This document shows positions 1 through 12,943 of a stretch of DNA of 64,000 nt, in pieces; the stretch's first letter is position 1, and the number at the start of each line of letters is the position of its first letter. Source of the stretch: Okamejei kenojei (Eukaryota); NCBI GenBank assembly GCA_035221665.1, contig CM069140.1, forward strand, positions 40,796,001-40,860,000, read 5' to 3'. The notes beneath the pieces were generated by a model. The model did no database searches, was not told the origin of the DNA, and saw nothing but the letters and a program-made list of their open reading frames with translations. Made by a program: the position numbers and the translations under genes.

Positions 1-335
1 ATACTTGATTCCCCTTGTTATAAAACCCCTCTCCTCCCATCCAGTACAGAGATAAGGTTCATGTTCATGTTCTACCTCTTCATTGATTGGATTATCATCT
101 AACACCTCCAATGTGATGCTATCACTGCACACACCATCTCCACTTTCAGTCTACAGGATTGACTGGTTCACCCTTCCACTCAATATCTGCTCCTGTTTTC
201 ATGGCAGCACCCATGCAACTACGAGAGATGCATCACTTGCCCTAGTTCTTCCGCACTGAAATCTGGGTGCCCAAACATTTTTTTTAGATGTGAACATAAA
301 TTTGTTTGAACTGTATTCAGTGCTCACAGTGGTCT
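1..335 (+). mobile_element. Ancient Penelope-like element remnant (appears to resume at ~1680-1800 after a CR1 insertion)
   Basis: Degenerate similarity to the GIY-YIG region of the better-preserved copy at 12530-12940 (tgtattcagtgctcacag before the CR1; tatggagtaaactaaacacatattgggtgaacagttt after it). Confidence 0.4.
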
Positions 336-925
336 CATAGATACATGGACAATAGGTGCAGGAGTAGGCCCTTCGAGCCATCACCGTCATTCAATATGAT
401 CATGGCTGATCATCCACAATCAGTACCCTGTTCCTGCCTTTTCCCCATACCCCTTGATTCCTAAGCCCTAAGAGCTCTATCTAACTCTCTTTTGAATGCA
501 TCCAGTGAATCGGCCTCCACTGCATTCTGAGGCAGAAAATGCCACAAATTCACAACTCTGTGTGAAAAAGTTTTTCTTCATCTCAGTTCTAAATGGCCTA
601 TCCCTTATTCTTAAACTGTGGCCCCTGGTTCTGGACTCCCCCAACATCCGGAACATGTTTCCTGCATCTAGCATGTCCAATCCCTTAATAATTATATATG
701 TTTCTTCAAGAACCCCTTTCATCCTAAATTACAGAGAATACAAGCCCAGTAGCTCCATTCTTTCATCATATGATAGTCCCGCCTTCCCAGGATTGAACCT
801 TGTGAACATACGCTGCACTCCCTCAATAGCAAGAATGTCCTTCCTCACATTAGGAGACCAAAACTGCACACAATACTCCAGGTATGGTCTCACCAGGGCC
901 CTGTACAACTGCAGAAAGTCCTCTT
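336..925 (-). mobile_element. CR1 (HER1-like) LINE, ORF2 C-terminus and 3' UTR
   Basis: ORF 477-722 MFRMLGESRTRGHSLRIRDRPFRTEMKKNFFTQ is a typical CR1 ORF2 C-terminus; conserved 3' UTR on the minus strand. Confidence 0.9.
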
Positions 926-1130
926 CTCTGCCTCAGAGGTCGGTGGAGACTGGTTCTCTGGATCCTGTCAAGGGAGAGCTATACAAAGCTCTTAAAGATA
1001 GCGGAATCAAGGGATATGGGGAGAAGGCAAGAACAGGGTACTGATTGTGGATGAACAGCCATGATCACATTGAATGGTGGTGCTGGCTCGAAGGGCCGAA
1101 TGGCCTACTCCTGCTCCTATTGTCCATTGT
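926..1130 (+). mobile_element. Short CR1 3' end inserted antisense within the minus-strand CR1
   Basis: Plus-strand tail (...gctcgaagggccgaatggcctactcctgctcctattgtc) interrupts the host CR1 sequence tcctct|ttgctcctatact. Confidence 0.8.
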
Positions 1131-1680
1131 GTTTGCTCCTATACTGAACTCCTCTCGTTATGAAGGCCAATATGTCATTAGTTTTCTTCATTGCCTATTG
1201 TCCCTGCATGCTTACTTCCAGTGACTGATGTAGAAGGAGACCAAGGTCTCATTGTACTTCCTGTTTTTCTCAACTTGACACCATTCAGATAATAATCTGC
1301 ATTCTCATTCTTGCCACCAAAGTGGATAACCTCACATTTATCCACATTATACTGCATCTGCCAACTCACGCAACATGTCCAAGTCACCCTGCATCCTCAT
1401 AGCATCCTCCTCACCGTTCACACTGCCACCCAGCTTTGTGTCATCTGCAAATTTGCAAATGTTACTTTTAATTCCTTCATCTAAATCATTAATGTATATT
1501 GTAAATAGCTGCGGTCCCAGCACCGAGCCTTGCGGCACCCCACTAGTCACTGCCTGCCATTCTGAAAGAGACCCATTAATCCCTACTCTTTGTTTTCTGT
1601 CTGCCAACCAATTTTCTATCCATGTCAATACCCTACCCCCAATAGCATGTGCTCTAATTTTGCCCACTAATCTCCTCTGT
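1131..1680 (-). mobile_element. CR1 LINE RT fragment (continuation of 336-925)
   Basis: ORF 1347-1700 with [24 protein letters not shown] and [10 protein letters not shown] motifs. Confidence 0.92.
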
Positions 1681-1938
1681 ATGGAGTAAACTAAACACAT
1701 ATTGGGTGAACAGTTTGATTTAGGACATCAGCATGATCCCAGGTTTGAAGTTACTTGGCATTATAATTGGTCATCCAACTCCTATTCTTTGGCCTTTTTC
1801 ACTTTCCTATGTACAAAGTAATAACAAAAACCTCAGCAGGTCAAGCAGCACCTCTCAAACCCTACATCAGAACTGGGATGGAGAAACAAGTTAATCGGAG
1901 TAGCAGAGAAAGTGGGGGAGCAAAATAGAAACATAGAA

Positions 1939-3957
1939 CTCAACCAAATATCCACGGATATGACAAAATATTCAAACAATAAAATATCATTATACGCTGA
2001 TGATGTACTTTTGTACATCACAAAGCCTCATATCACTATACCCAATATTTTAAATTTAATTGAGGATTTCGGTTAATTTTCAGGTTACAGAATAAACTGG
2101 AATAAAAGTGAAATCATGTCAATAAAACCGAAAGATTCTATACATCTCGTACAATTTCCTTTTAAAATAGCTGGGGAAAAATTTAAATACTTGGGCATTG
2201 AAATTACTAGAAGATATCAAGACATGTTTAAAGCAAACTATAACCCTGTACTTAAGAAATTACATAATTTAATTAAATTCTGGAAAACGCTCTCGATGTC
2301 CTTAATAGGTCGAATAAACGCCATAAAAATGATTTTTCTACCACAAATTCTATACTTGTTCCAATCAATCCCACTATATCTACCCAAAAAGTTTTTTTTG
2401 TTGTTGTTTTTTTTTTAAATTGGATTCAGATATTACAAATTTTATTTGGGATTATAAGACCCATAGAATACAAAGACCACACCTGAATAAACCCATAGTA
2501 GGGGGATTAGCACTCCCTAATTTTATGTATTATTATTGGTCGGTAAATATTAGAAATATGATTCAATTGTTGGATAATGCTCTTCATCAACCAGAATGGA
2601 TCATTATGGAAAAAGAGGACTGCTCCCCTTTAATATTGGTGCGATCCTTCTTTCACCAATGACGGTGAATAATACAAACTACAACAAAAACCCAATTATA
2701 CATAGTACAATCAGAATTTGGAAACAAATAAAATACAATTTAAAATTAGGAAACTTATCTCTCCTATCTTCTATTGCTAAAAACTCTCTGTTTAAACCCT
2801 TGAATATAGACAAAGCAGTCATACAATGGGAAAGAGCAGGAATTAAAACTTTGGGAGATTTGTATGATACGGGAAAACTATTATCATTTAAACAATTACA
2901 ACGAAAATGCAATCTGGGTAACAATCAGTATTTTAAATATTTCCAAATATGTGATTATTTGAAAAAACATGCACATGAATTTCACACACTGCCATTAGAC
3001 TTACTAGATGAAGTAATGAATACAAAGGCGGAATCACCAAATTTAATTTCACATATATATAATATTATACTAAATGCAGTAATACCAACAACGGAAGGTA
3101 TTAGAGGTGAGTGGGAAAACGAACTAAGCATAAAAATTTTCAATGAAAGGTGGAAAGAATACTTATTAAATGTGCACAAATGCTCAATTAACGCAAGACA
3201 CACTTTAATACAATTTAAAATTACACATAGATTATACTACTCTAAAACGAAATTAAATAATTTTTTCCTAACGTTTCACCAATTTGTGATAAATGCCACT
3301 GTCAAGAAGCTACTATAGCGCACTCATTCATCTTTTGTACAAAAATGTAAAGGTTTTGGATTGAAATCTTTGAAATTTTCACAAAAGTGTTTAAAATAAA
3401 AATGACACCAAAGCCAGAATGGATTATTTTCGGAATGACAGAAGGTAGTCCAGAATTAAAAGCGTATCAAAAGAATTTATTTGATTACGGCTTAATAATA
3501 AGAAAAAAACTAACCTTAAAATTCTGGAAAAATGCTCCTATACCAATATTAAATATGTGGATTTCAACTATGAAACACTACATCTGGAAGATATGAGACT
3601 CCGCCTGGAAGGAAAATCAGAACGCTTCTTTCAGACGTGGTCTGCATTTATAGAATTGCTACAAAGATAGGGTGCAGGAGTACCTCGGGCCTTGGTAGGG
3701 GGGGATGAAAAACTATGGAGTTGGTGGATTCTTTTTGCGTGATATATATAACAGAGTAACTGGCTTTTTTTTTTTCCTTTTCCTTTTTTTTGGGTCTATC
3801 TCTAAACCCCCTTTCTCTAATTCTTTGACCAAGGGTTTCTTCTCCCTTTTGGCACATTCTTTCGCTATCACAACTATTTTCACCGATTTCACTCTCTTTC
3901 TTTCTATTCTTTTTCTTTAAAAGCCATAAAAAACATTAAAAAAAAAAAAAAAAAAGA
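1939..3957 (+). mobile_element. 5'-truncated L1-clade LINE (ORF2 3' half, 3' UTR, poly-A), frameshifted
   Basis: KISLYADDVLLY RT motif near 1981; LSMSLIGRINAIKMIFLPQILYLFQSIP; GGLALPNFMYYYW; QFKITHRLY; poly-A at ~3938-3955; flanked by a 70-bp direct repeat. Confidence 0.92.
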
Positions 3958-4009
3958 AGAACTGGGATGGAGAAACAAGTTAATCGGAGTAGCAGAGAAA
4001 GTGGGGGAG

Positions 4010-4580
4010 CAAAATAGAAACATAGAAGCATAGAAAATAGGTGCAGGAGGCGGCCATTCGACCCTTCGAGCCTGCACCGCCATTCATTGTGATCATGGCT
4101 GATCATCCCCAATCAATAACCCATGCCGGCCTTCTCCCCAGATCCCTTGACTCCACTAGCTCCAAGAGCTCTATCTAACTCTCTCTTAAAGCCATCCAAT
4201 GATTTGGCCTCCACTGCCCTCTATGGCAGGGAATTCCACAAATTCACAACTCACTGGGTGAAAAAGTGTTTTCTCACCTCAGTCTTAAATGGCCTCCCCT
4301 TTACTCTAAGACTGTGGCCCCTGGTTCTGGACTCTCCCAACATTGGGAACATTTTTCCTGCATCTAGCTTGTCCAGTCCTTTTGTAATTTTATATGTTTC
4401 TATCAGATATCCCCTCATCCTTCTAAACTCTAGTGAATACAAGCCTCGTCTTTTCAATCTTTCCTCATATGACAGTCCCGCCATTCCAGGGATCAATCTT
4501 GTGGACCTATGCTGCACTGCCTCAATCACAAGGATGTCCTTCCTCAAATTAGGAGACCAAAACTGTACACAATACTCCAG
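4010..4580 (-). mobile_element. CR1 LINE 3' end with TTCTATG-type repeat tail
   Basis: LEYCVQFWSPNLRKDI and GLYSLEFRRMRG...RTRGHSLR in ORF 4251-4829; tail repeats atagaaac at 4014-4036. Confidence 0.92.
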
Positions 4581-5309
4581 TTGTATAGGGCTACTTCTCA
4601 AAATATGTCTAGTTAAATATAGTTGTTTGTGTTTTTTTGGTACTGTTTCTAACTGTGTATATGTGGGGGGGGAGAGGGAAACTTTAAAAATCTCTTCTCT
4701 GCATGGGAGACTTGACTTTTTCCCTGTCGGATCTCCGTTGTCGTTGGGGCCTAGCACCGTGGAGCAGCCTCCAACTGGGACGACCTGGGGGCTCCAGTCT
4801 CGGAACCTGCGGAGCTGTGGACTTACCATCGTGGGGCTAGCCGGCCTTGGAGCGTGGGGAGCCGTGGTGGCTCGCTGTTGCGGCCCGACTCAGGAGCTCC
4901 AGCTCCAGCTGCAGATTACCGCCGGTGGACTGTCGAGATATCGGGAGCTCGCGGGTCCGGGTGGGAGACCTCTTTCCGGAGCTCCCGCAACACAACTTCT
5001 CCAGCCCGTGTCCCGGGGTTGGAACGACCCAGAGCGGGTTGAACATCGCCCGGCGCAGCCTCAATGGCCGTGCGACTTAACATCACCCGTCTGGGGCTTC
5101 GACAGTGAGAGAGAAATGGTGCGGAGGGGAGAGAAGAATTTTCCTTCCATCACAGTGAGGAGGAGATTCGCTGTGATGGATGTTTGTGGGAATTGAATTG
5201 TTTGTATGTTTTTTTTAATGAATTGTTCTGTTTGTATGGCTTGTAGAAACGGAGTTTCGTTTGAGCCTCTCTGAGGTTCGAATGACATGTAATAAATCTA
5301 ATCTAATCT
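4581..5309 (+). mobile_element. GC-rich non-coding retroposon-like insertion splitting the CR1; ends aataaa(tctaa)n
   Basis: Interrupts CR1 between ...tactccag and aactgcagaacc...; LINE-type 3' tail with polyA signal and 5-bp repeats; family not identified. Confidence 0.55.
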
Positions 5310-5670
5310 AAAAACTGCAGAACCTCTCTACTCCTATACTGAAATCCATTTGTTATGAAGGCCAACATTCCATTAGCTTTCTTCACTGCCTGCTGTACCT
5401 GCACACCAACTTTCAGTGACTGGTGTACAAGGACACCCAGGTCTCGCTGTACCTCCCCCTTACCTATCCTAACCCCATTGAGATAATAATCTGCCCCCTT
5501 GTTTTTGCCACCAAAGTGGATAACCTCACATTTATCTATATTATATTGCATCTGCCACACATCTGCCCACTCACCCTGCAAACTTCCTAACATTCTCTTC
5601 ACAGTTCACACTGCCACCCAGCTTTGTGTCATCCGCAAACTTGCTAGTGTTGCTCCTAATTCTTCTTCCA
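5310..5670 (-). mobile_element. CR1 LINE RT fragment (continuation)
   Basis: WADVWQMQYNIDKCEVIHFG...QRDLGVLVHQSLKV in ORF 5303-5602. Confidence 0.9.
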
Positions 5671-7769
5671 AAATGATAGGAATGTCCTTGATCGGGTGAG
5701 ATAATGTGAAAGTTAAGGGGCAGTTAAGCTACTTTATGTAATGTTGCAAAGTCTGTGTAATTGGTTGACTGGGACATGCTGAGGGGGCTAGAATGTACAA
5801 ATGAAGGCAAAAGGAAGAAGGGGATGGCAAGCAGAAATGGCCAATCCTAATACACACAAAGAGAAAGAGCGAGTTATCTAAAGATGGAGAACTTGATATT
5901 GACTTGTTGGTTGCTATATGCCCAGATGGAAGAGTCCGTCTTGTTACACGAGTTTGCCTGCCATTCCTTTTCTCTATACAAGATTACAGGGATTTTACAT
6001 TAGCTGTCCATTACACTCCACCAGTGATCCTACTCATCTTTGATGGTATTTGGAACTTGTTTCTCACTTTCTCAGTTCTGACAAAGTCTCAGAACTAAAG
6101 CATTAACTGCTCCTCTTTCCACAGATGTTGCGTGACCTGCTGAGTGTTTCCAGCATTATTTTGATTTTATTTTGGGTGCTAATATGAAATGGCCGATGAT
6201 CAGAAATTGTTGGACTCAGTGTTCAGTTGGCAGGTCATAAGAGGCCTCATCAGAAGATCGGATTTTGTTCTTCAAGCTTACCAGGTGCAATTTGGGAATG
6301 CCAGTGAGGAAGAGTCAATGTGGAAACGGGATGCAGAATTAAAGCAATTTGATGCTCATGAAAGTGTTCTCCAAAACTGTCACCCCATCTGCATTTGGTT
6401 TCCCCATTGAAAAAAAAAGCAGCATCTAGTGATAGGAGGGCAGTTTATTAAATTGAAAGGTAGATAAATAAATCACTGTTTCATATGAAAAGGGTGGGGG
6501 GGGGGGAGGAGGGGGGGGAGGAGGGGGGAGGAGGGGGGATCCAGAGCCCAGGACAGCAGGAATGGAAGAAATAAGAGGACAGGTGCTGTATCTCTAGTGA
6601 TGGCAAAGAAAGATGCAAAAGATGGGGTGGGTATTGGTGTTGTATTTTAGAGGGAATGGTTCCATTGGAATATTCCAAGGCATGGAGAGGCGATAAGTCA
6701 TTAATAATGTACAGAGAATGTTTACCAAGATGATACATTTGATGACTGCTGGTTACATGAGCAGTTAGGGGTGTTTCCATCAGTTTAAAGAAATTTAAGG
6801 AGAGATTTAACAGTATTCAGAACTAAGTTGGAGTTTGGTGGAGGACGTAGGGAGAAATTAATCTCATTGATGACTCGATGAATAATTATTGGTCAAAGAT
6901 TTAAAATAATTTCCAAAAGGAGTTGAGAGAGGATGAAGGCTATGTTTTTATTTATAGGGTTGAGATAAAACATGTACTCACAAAAGGAATGATTCTATTG
7001 TCAAAAGTTGATCTGAATAGGACTACTTTCAAGAATAAAGATTTTGGAAAAGATATGGTGTTGGTCTGAACAGTTATTTTCAAAGCCCATGAATGGAGGG
7101 TTGAAAGATATTTTTCTGCTTCGTCAGATATAGTATCAGATTCTATGCCTTATATCTGACCAGCCTCTATTGACTGGTCACATTGGAGCAATGTTTGGTG
7201 CCTGAAAGTGATGGCTTACAGAGGTCAGAGCCATGAATGGGAAGAGAAAGTAAATGTCAGAATAAAGAGATAAAAAATGAAAATAGTGATCATGAAAGTT
7301 CAATACAGTAGATTCACGTTGGCATTTGATCAGCCTTCTTTTATTTGGAGTTTAATTTCAATGGATTCCACATCATTAGAAGTTCAGTTTTGTAGGTACA
7401 TCTGCAAACACAGGGACTAATTCAGTTTCAAAAGCAGTGCTTACCATTCTCCAGTGGGGTGCCGATCAGAGCAGAGTTAGCTGGCCACAACATGATTCAC
7501 AGTGAATGATCAGACTACTGAAATGTGGCTGTTTTTCTTTATTTAATAGAAGAGCAGAACAGTAACTGGCAATTAAACGAGCCACTCAATTAAATCTAAA
7601 TTACTACTTAAGGGTGTTGAATCAGTGGGTGGCAAAGTATATACCCTTTAAAGCATACTTTGAATTGTGGTTAGAGGCTTTTGTTAGACTGTTCATTTTA
7701 TTTCAGTGCACATTCTACATATATTGAGTTTTGCTGAATATAAAGTTTGGTTAAATGATACAAATACTA

Positions 7770-8375
7770 ACAACAACTGGATCCAAAAGGCTTCCCCATG
7801 GGCCGCACGGCCAGAAGTCTTCCCGACGGGCTGCGACTGTGGACTGGGAACGCGGCCGGAGGCCTTTATCGAGGCGTCACGGTCTCGATGCTTCCCGGAT
7901 CGCTGCATAGATGTCTAAGTAGGGGCCTGACCGGGGCCTCATGGGTAGAAGCCGAGGTCAGGTGAAGTGGCCGGTGGAACCCACAGCTGGGGCCCGAGTC
8001 GGCACCATGGAGGCGTGAAGTGGGGCATCGACTGCGGTGAGGCCTCAGTGGCGGCATCAGAAAAGCCTCGCGATGATGGAGCCTCAGCGGTGGTGAAGCC
8101 TCGCGGCGGTGGCGGCGATGCTTTGTTGGTCGACCCATGGTTGACGGTCGATGACAGGAGGACAATGGTGGACCCGGCGTGGGTGGTCCCTGAGGGAGGT
8201 GGGGGAAGAACAATGGACAAGAGGGGGGGGAGGGGTTCAAAGGACAATGGGGACTCGGCGTGGGGGAATTGTACGGGGGGGGGGGAAACATAAAGGGGAG
8301 CCGGCATGCTTTGTAGTTTTGTCAGCGCCGTAGGTGTGCCTAGTTACATGTGACAATATCCTATTCCTATCGTCC
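7770..8375 (+). mobile_element. GC/CpG-rich non-autonomous retroposon-like repeat
   Basis: Abrupt GC-rich block ending in a LINE-like tail (gttacatgtgacaat...cctattcctat); architecture resembles 4581-5309 and 45093-45480. Confidence 0.4.
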
Positions 8376-8498
8376 AAATATAAGGATATCCGTCCAGAAA
8401 TTGCTTCAATTAGCACCCATATTTTCAATTGGCACCCATATTTTACATGCTAACCAGGCCAAGATTCACTCTTACTTCACGATAGTTTATGACAAGGA

Positions 8499-11400
8499 TT
8501 TTACTTCGGAGTCACGTGAGTGACTACATGAAGAAGAACCCCGTCCAGCCGCATGTGCGTCATTACGTCAGACACATTGGTGCAGGTCGACCAGTTGGAG
8601 CAGCGGAGCTCCTCCAGCGGTAAGTTTAAACTTCAGGTAAGTGGTATTTCTTACCTGTTTTAGGTTTCCTGCAGGAACCTCGGTTTCAGAGGTTTTTGCC
8701 GGATGCTTTGCGACGGCCGACGAGAGAACCAGCTAATGGCTGTGGGGACACCCTGGTCCGACCGCGGAAGCGGGGAGCTGGCGAATGTCGGGTTTTACGA
8801 TCTGAGTCACTGATAAGACGGGCAGTGGTTCTATCTGGGCTGGGTCCATGGCAAAGTCGGCGTATTGCTGAAGCAGCGCCAGCAGCGCCTTATAGCAGGG
8901 CTGCTTAAATTCTCCCTCATGTAAGATGGGAGCATGCTGGGTCAGTATAATTTAACACCGAGTCTGCGGGTATAGCCGTGGATGAAGGGATGAAGGGCAC
9001 ATGCCAGACGTACCATGCTTGGTAGCAAGGTTGCCATTCAAACACATTTGCAGTGAACACCGCTATCAGGGGGACAATAGAGCCGGCCGCCAGACCTTCT
9101 ATTCAGGTAAGATTCAGGTTTTATAGGCGATACCTGGAGGATGAAACATGAAAGCTAGCCAGAGGCTCCACACATATTACCTGTGTTACTCTATAACTAA
9201 GGGACCACTTACAACTTGGTAAGATGTACACTTGGTTGTATAATACAAATAATTGAGACATTATCATCTACTTCGAGGGGTCTAACCATGTAAAACTGGA
9301 CAATACTAGCATTCCAAGCAGGTTATAACTGGGCAGGCTCAGTATAAGGGCCAGGATTGTCTTGCAAGACTGGCTCGGAAATCGGGCCACAGTTGCCGTT
9401 CATGGCAGACACTAAATTGTGAATATCATCTCGAGTTTGGAGGTGGAGCAGATTTGCATGACTTGCCATTTCTTCACTTATTGGTATCAACTATCTATAG
9501 ACTCTATGGGCATTGTATGGGTTAAAGAGTGATTGAGCAAATATGCATATCTGCATGCTCAACTTCAAATTGATACATTATGATGGTGGCATATGTTAGT
9601 CACATGGGTGCAATCAATTAAAGACTTCTGTAATGGTTACATAATCTCGTTTGCCACAGGAGAATCATCAAGTATAGGTCAATGGCAACACAGAATTGGT
9701 GTTGAATCACAACGTATTATGAAACTCTGGTTCCATGGAACACCAAATATAGATATGTTTTTTCATGCTTATTCACAGGTTGCAAAATATGTGGCATAAC
9801 AGTGGCGAGAGATACATTCTCGCTACAAGGAGAAGGAAGGTCTTTTATGTCTTCCTCCATTTGCTTCATCAATTGGGGCTTCAAATAAAGTCATTAAGAG
9901 CCCGTTTTAGGTTCCTATTGTGTGATTGGTTTATGCAACGTTGATTCCCGATTTGTCAGGAATAATAATACAACCTTATATGGTTATTTTAAACATAACT
10001 TTGCTGGTTCAGCCTGAGGCTTGGGAAATCAGCCGTTGCATGATAAATCAAATTATGTTCTGCAGATTCAATAAACTACCCTAAGGCTTGGTTTGTTACA
10101 TCTATCCTTCTATGTGTTCAGAATGCTTGAATAGCACCAAAAAGCAGGATTTTCTTTTCCAGGAGATTAATAGAATTTGTTTAATGCTCATGTTACATTG
10201 AAAACAGTATAGATTACTGACGTTTGGAGTTCATGTTAAATGATCTTTTATCAATAATTGAGTTGTATGGCCATTAACTGTACCGACGTGACTTCTCATT
10301 GAATTGGCTGTAGCAAACGAGACCCTCTCTGTCGGGTTCACCCCGGATATCAGGTTTATAAGGATATCTTAACACAAGGTCTTCCAGGAACAGTACAATG
10401 CTGTATGGGATGTTGACATTTGTGAAAACTATTTCACCAGGGGGCTCCAGCTACATCCTTGACTTTGACCGGAGCTCATTAGGTAGTTATCCTTGTGGCG
10501 CTGGTTAGCGCAGCAGATTCAGTCGCTACATAATTGCGACGGTACAGGATGATTACATCTGTAAATAATAATATATAATATTTTATGTTTATAAATGTTT
10601 GAGCAGAGCAGAAGGGGTGTCAGGTCTCAAAATAGTTACAGGCATGCCAGGGGACCTTTGGTAACGTAAGCACACATATATACAACAATACGTCAAGGTC
10701 ACCAAGAGCCTTCGAGGTTCTGAACTAGCAATGTTTGTTAGTCACAAAAAACTTAGAAGAACCTATCTGTTCAGCCACTCCAGATGGTAAAACGGAGTTT
10801 GCGTTATGTAGGAATGGATTCTGATTCCAGATCTCACTCCACCAGGGCTGCTACAACATCAGCAGCAAGGGTATTTACGTTCTGCTAGACCACATCCTTA
10901 CGGCTGCAGCATGGTCCAACGAACGAATTTCAAAACATTTATAATAACCCAGTGCTAGACCAAGGGTATTTGTCAACTCAATTTTATGTTCTAGTTATAC
11001 TTTCCATCTGGGTGAGATATGTGAATATTATTACTTCATTTGAACAGCATCAGCATGTTTTAAATCTATGACATGACTGTATGCATTATGAATGTTTTTC
11101 CTTCATTTGTCAATGAAGCAGTTGTGGTTGTGTAGACTCGTTTCTCATGGCATGAAATCACAGAGCTTTGAAGTCTTCACGTACTCGCTCACGTGACTCC
11201 GAAGTAAAATAGTAAGATTAAACGAGAACTTACCAGTTTGATCTTGATTTTATGAAGAGTTACGATGAGGGACTACGTGCCCTCCGCTCCCAACCCTCAT
11301 AAATGTAATCTGGTAGTTCTAGGCTTCTGTTATCTTACTATTATACTTCAGTCACTATTACCTGTGATTTCACACCGCTGCTTTGAAGATTGACGCATGT

Positions 11401-11500
11401 GCAGCTGTACAGGGTTCTTCTTCACATAGTCCCTCATCGTAAGTCCTCATAAAATAAAGATCAAACTTCAAACTGGTAAGTTCTCATTTAATCTAACTAT
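8499..11500 (+). mobile_element. Internally deleted, degenerate DIRS1-type retrotransposon with intact termini and internal complementary region (ICR)
   Basis: Left end ttttacttcggagtcacgtgag; ICR ~11170-11280; right end ...ctggtaagttctcatttaatctaacta; coding remnants GTPNIDMF (~9740), LVALVSA (~10495), SHSTRAATTSAA (~10835). Confidence 0.88.
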
Positions 11501-11629
11501 TATTTTTGGGTGAAATTGCAGCCATTATGATATTAGACTGGACACTTTCTTGTGCAATCCACTTTTGTGCATTTGGCCTTTTCCTGGTATCAGGCCTGTG
11601 CATCATCCATAGAAAGGAACTGCTGATGC

Positions 11630-11738
11630 TGGTTTATACTGAAAGTAGATACAAAAGTGCTGGAATAACTCAGCAGGTCAGGCAGTATCTCGGGAATAAA
11701 AGGATGGGTGTTGTTTCGGGTCGGACCCTTCTTCAGAT
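11630..11738 (-). repeat. Short Penelope pLTR-derived repeat with hammerhead-like core
   Basis: Minus strand CTGAAGA-AGGGTCCGACCC-GAAA followed by the conserved cctgacctgctgagttattccagcac segment. Confidence 0.75.
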
Positions 11739-12124
11739 TGAAAATATTAATAGACAAGGGTGAACTAGACGTCATTCATGTCTACTATTTCAGTCTCATC
11801 ATCCAGTCTCCTTCAAAAATATTGGAGCTCAAAGGTGTAACCTATGATCATCACAGAAGAGTTACAGTAAAACCCAAGATCACATCATTCTACCCCCTCT
11901 ACTGATATCAGGAAAGCTAATAAGGCAGCTTCAGATATGACTAAATTCTGCTCAAGCACCTTCGAAAGTTCACAGAAAATGCTACAATTGATATTGATTG
12001 TTTTCTCCAGTGTGGAGCAGTTCAGATACATGTGGTAAATTAGATACCCATAACCCATCCACTGTTTTCTTTCCATTGAACATCAAACATGTTCCTGTTT
12101 AAGCCTATTAAGGAAACACAAGGT

Positions 12125-12482
12125 GAATCTCCAGAGTAGACAAAAGTGCTGGAGAAACTCAGTGGGTGCAGCAGCATCTATGGAGCAAAGGAAATAGGCA
12201 ATGTTTCGGGCCGAAACCCTTCTTCAGACTGATGTGGGGAGGGAGGGAGGGGGGGGGGGGGGGGGGGGGGGGCGTGAAGTGAAGAAGAAAGGAAGAGGAG
12301 GAGCCAGAGGGCTGAAGGAGAGCTGAGAAGGGGAGGAGACAATGAGGAGTACCTGAAATTAGAGAAGTCAATGTTCATATCGCTGGGGTACAAACTGCCC
12401 AAGCGAAATATGAGGTGCTGCTCCTACAATTTCCGGTGGTCCTCACTCTGGCTGTGGAGGAGGCCCAGGACAGAAAGGTTGG
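12125..12482 (-). mobile_element. Penelope-like element 3' end/pLTR, inverted relative to the adjacent plus copy
   Basis: Reverse complement of 13180-13255 plus 14039-14165; hammerhead-like core at ~12201-12228. Confidence 0.85.
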
Positions 12483-12943
12483 ATACCCTTCAAAGAGGCA
12501 GGCATAGCTAGGGTCATGTGCATGCCCATGTATTTGGACCACCCTACCAGCCGTCACATACAACAAATAATCCTCCGTCATTTTTGCCACCTCCAACATG
12601 ACCCCACCAGTTGCCACATCTTCCCATCTCCTCCCCGGTCTGCTTTCCACAGAGACCGCTCCCTCCGTAACTCCCTGGTCAATTTGTTCCTTCCCACACG
12701 AACCACCCCCTCTCCGGGCACTTTCCCTTGCAACCACAAGAAATGCTACACTTGCCGCTTTACCTCCCCCCTTGACTCCATTCAAGGACCCAAGAAGTCG
12801 TTCCAGGTGCGACAGAGGTTCACCTGCATCTCCTCCAACCTCATCTATTGCATCCGCTGCTCTAGATGTCAGCTGATCTAAATCGGTGAGACCAAACGTA
12901 GGCTTGGCAATCGCTTCGCCAAACCCCTCCGCTCAGTTCGTAA

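Noticed and set aside
4123-5196. 357-aa plus-strand ORF
   Set aside because: Antisense read-through of a CR1 joined to a GC-rich repeat; antisense ORFs of this kind recur at 496-1044 and 1375-1689.
7866-8333. Overlapping Pro/Gly-rich ORFs or a CpG-island gene promoter
   Set aside because: The ORFs reflect stop-poor GC-rich sequence, and the block ends in a retroposon-like tail.
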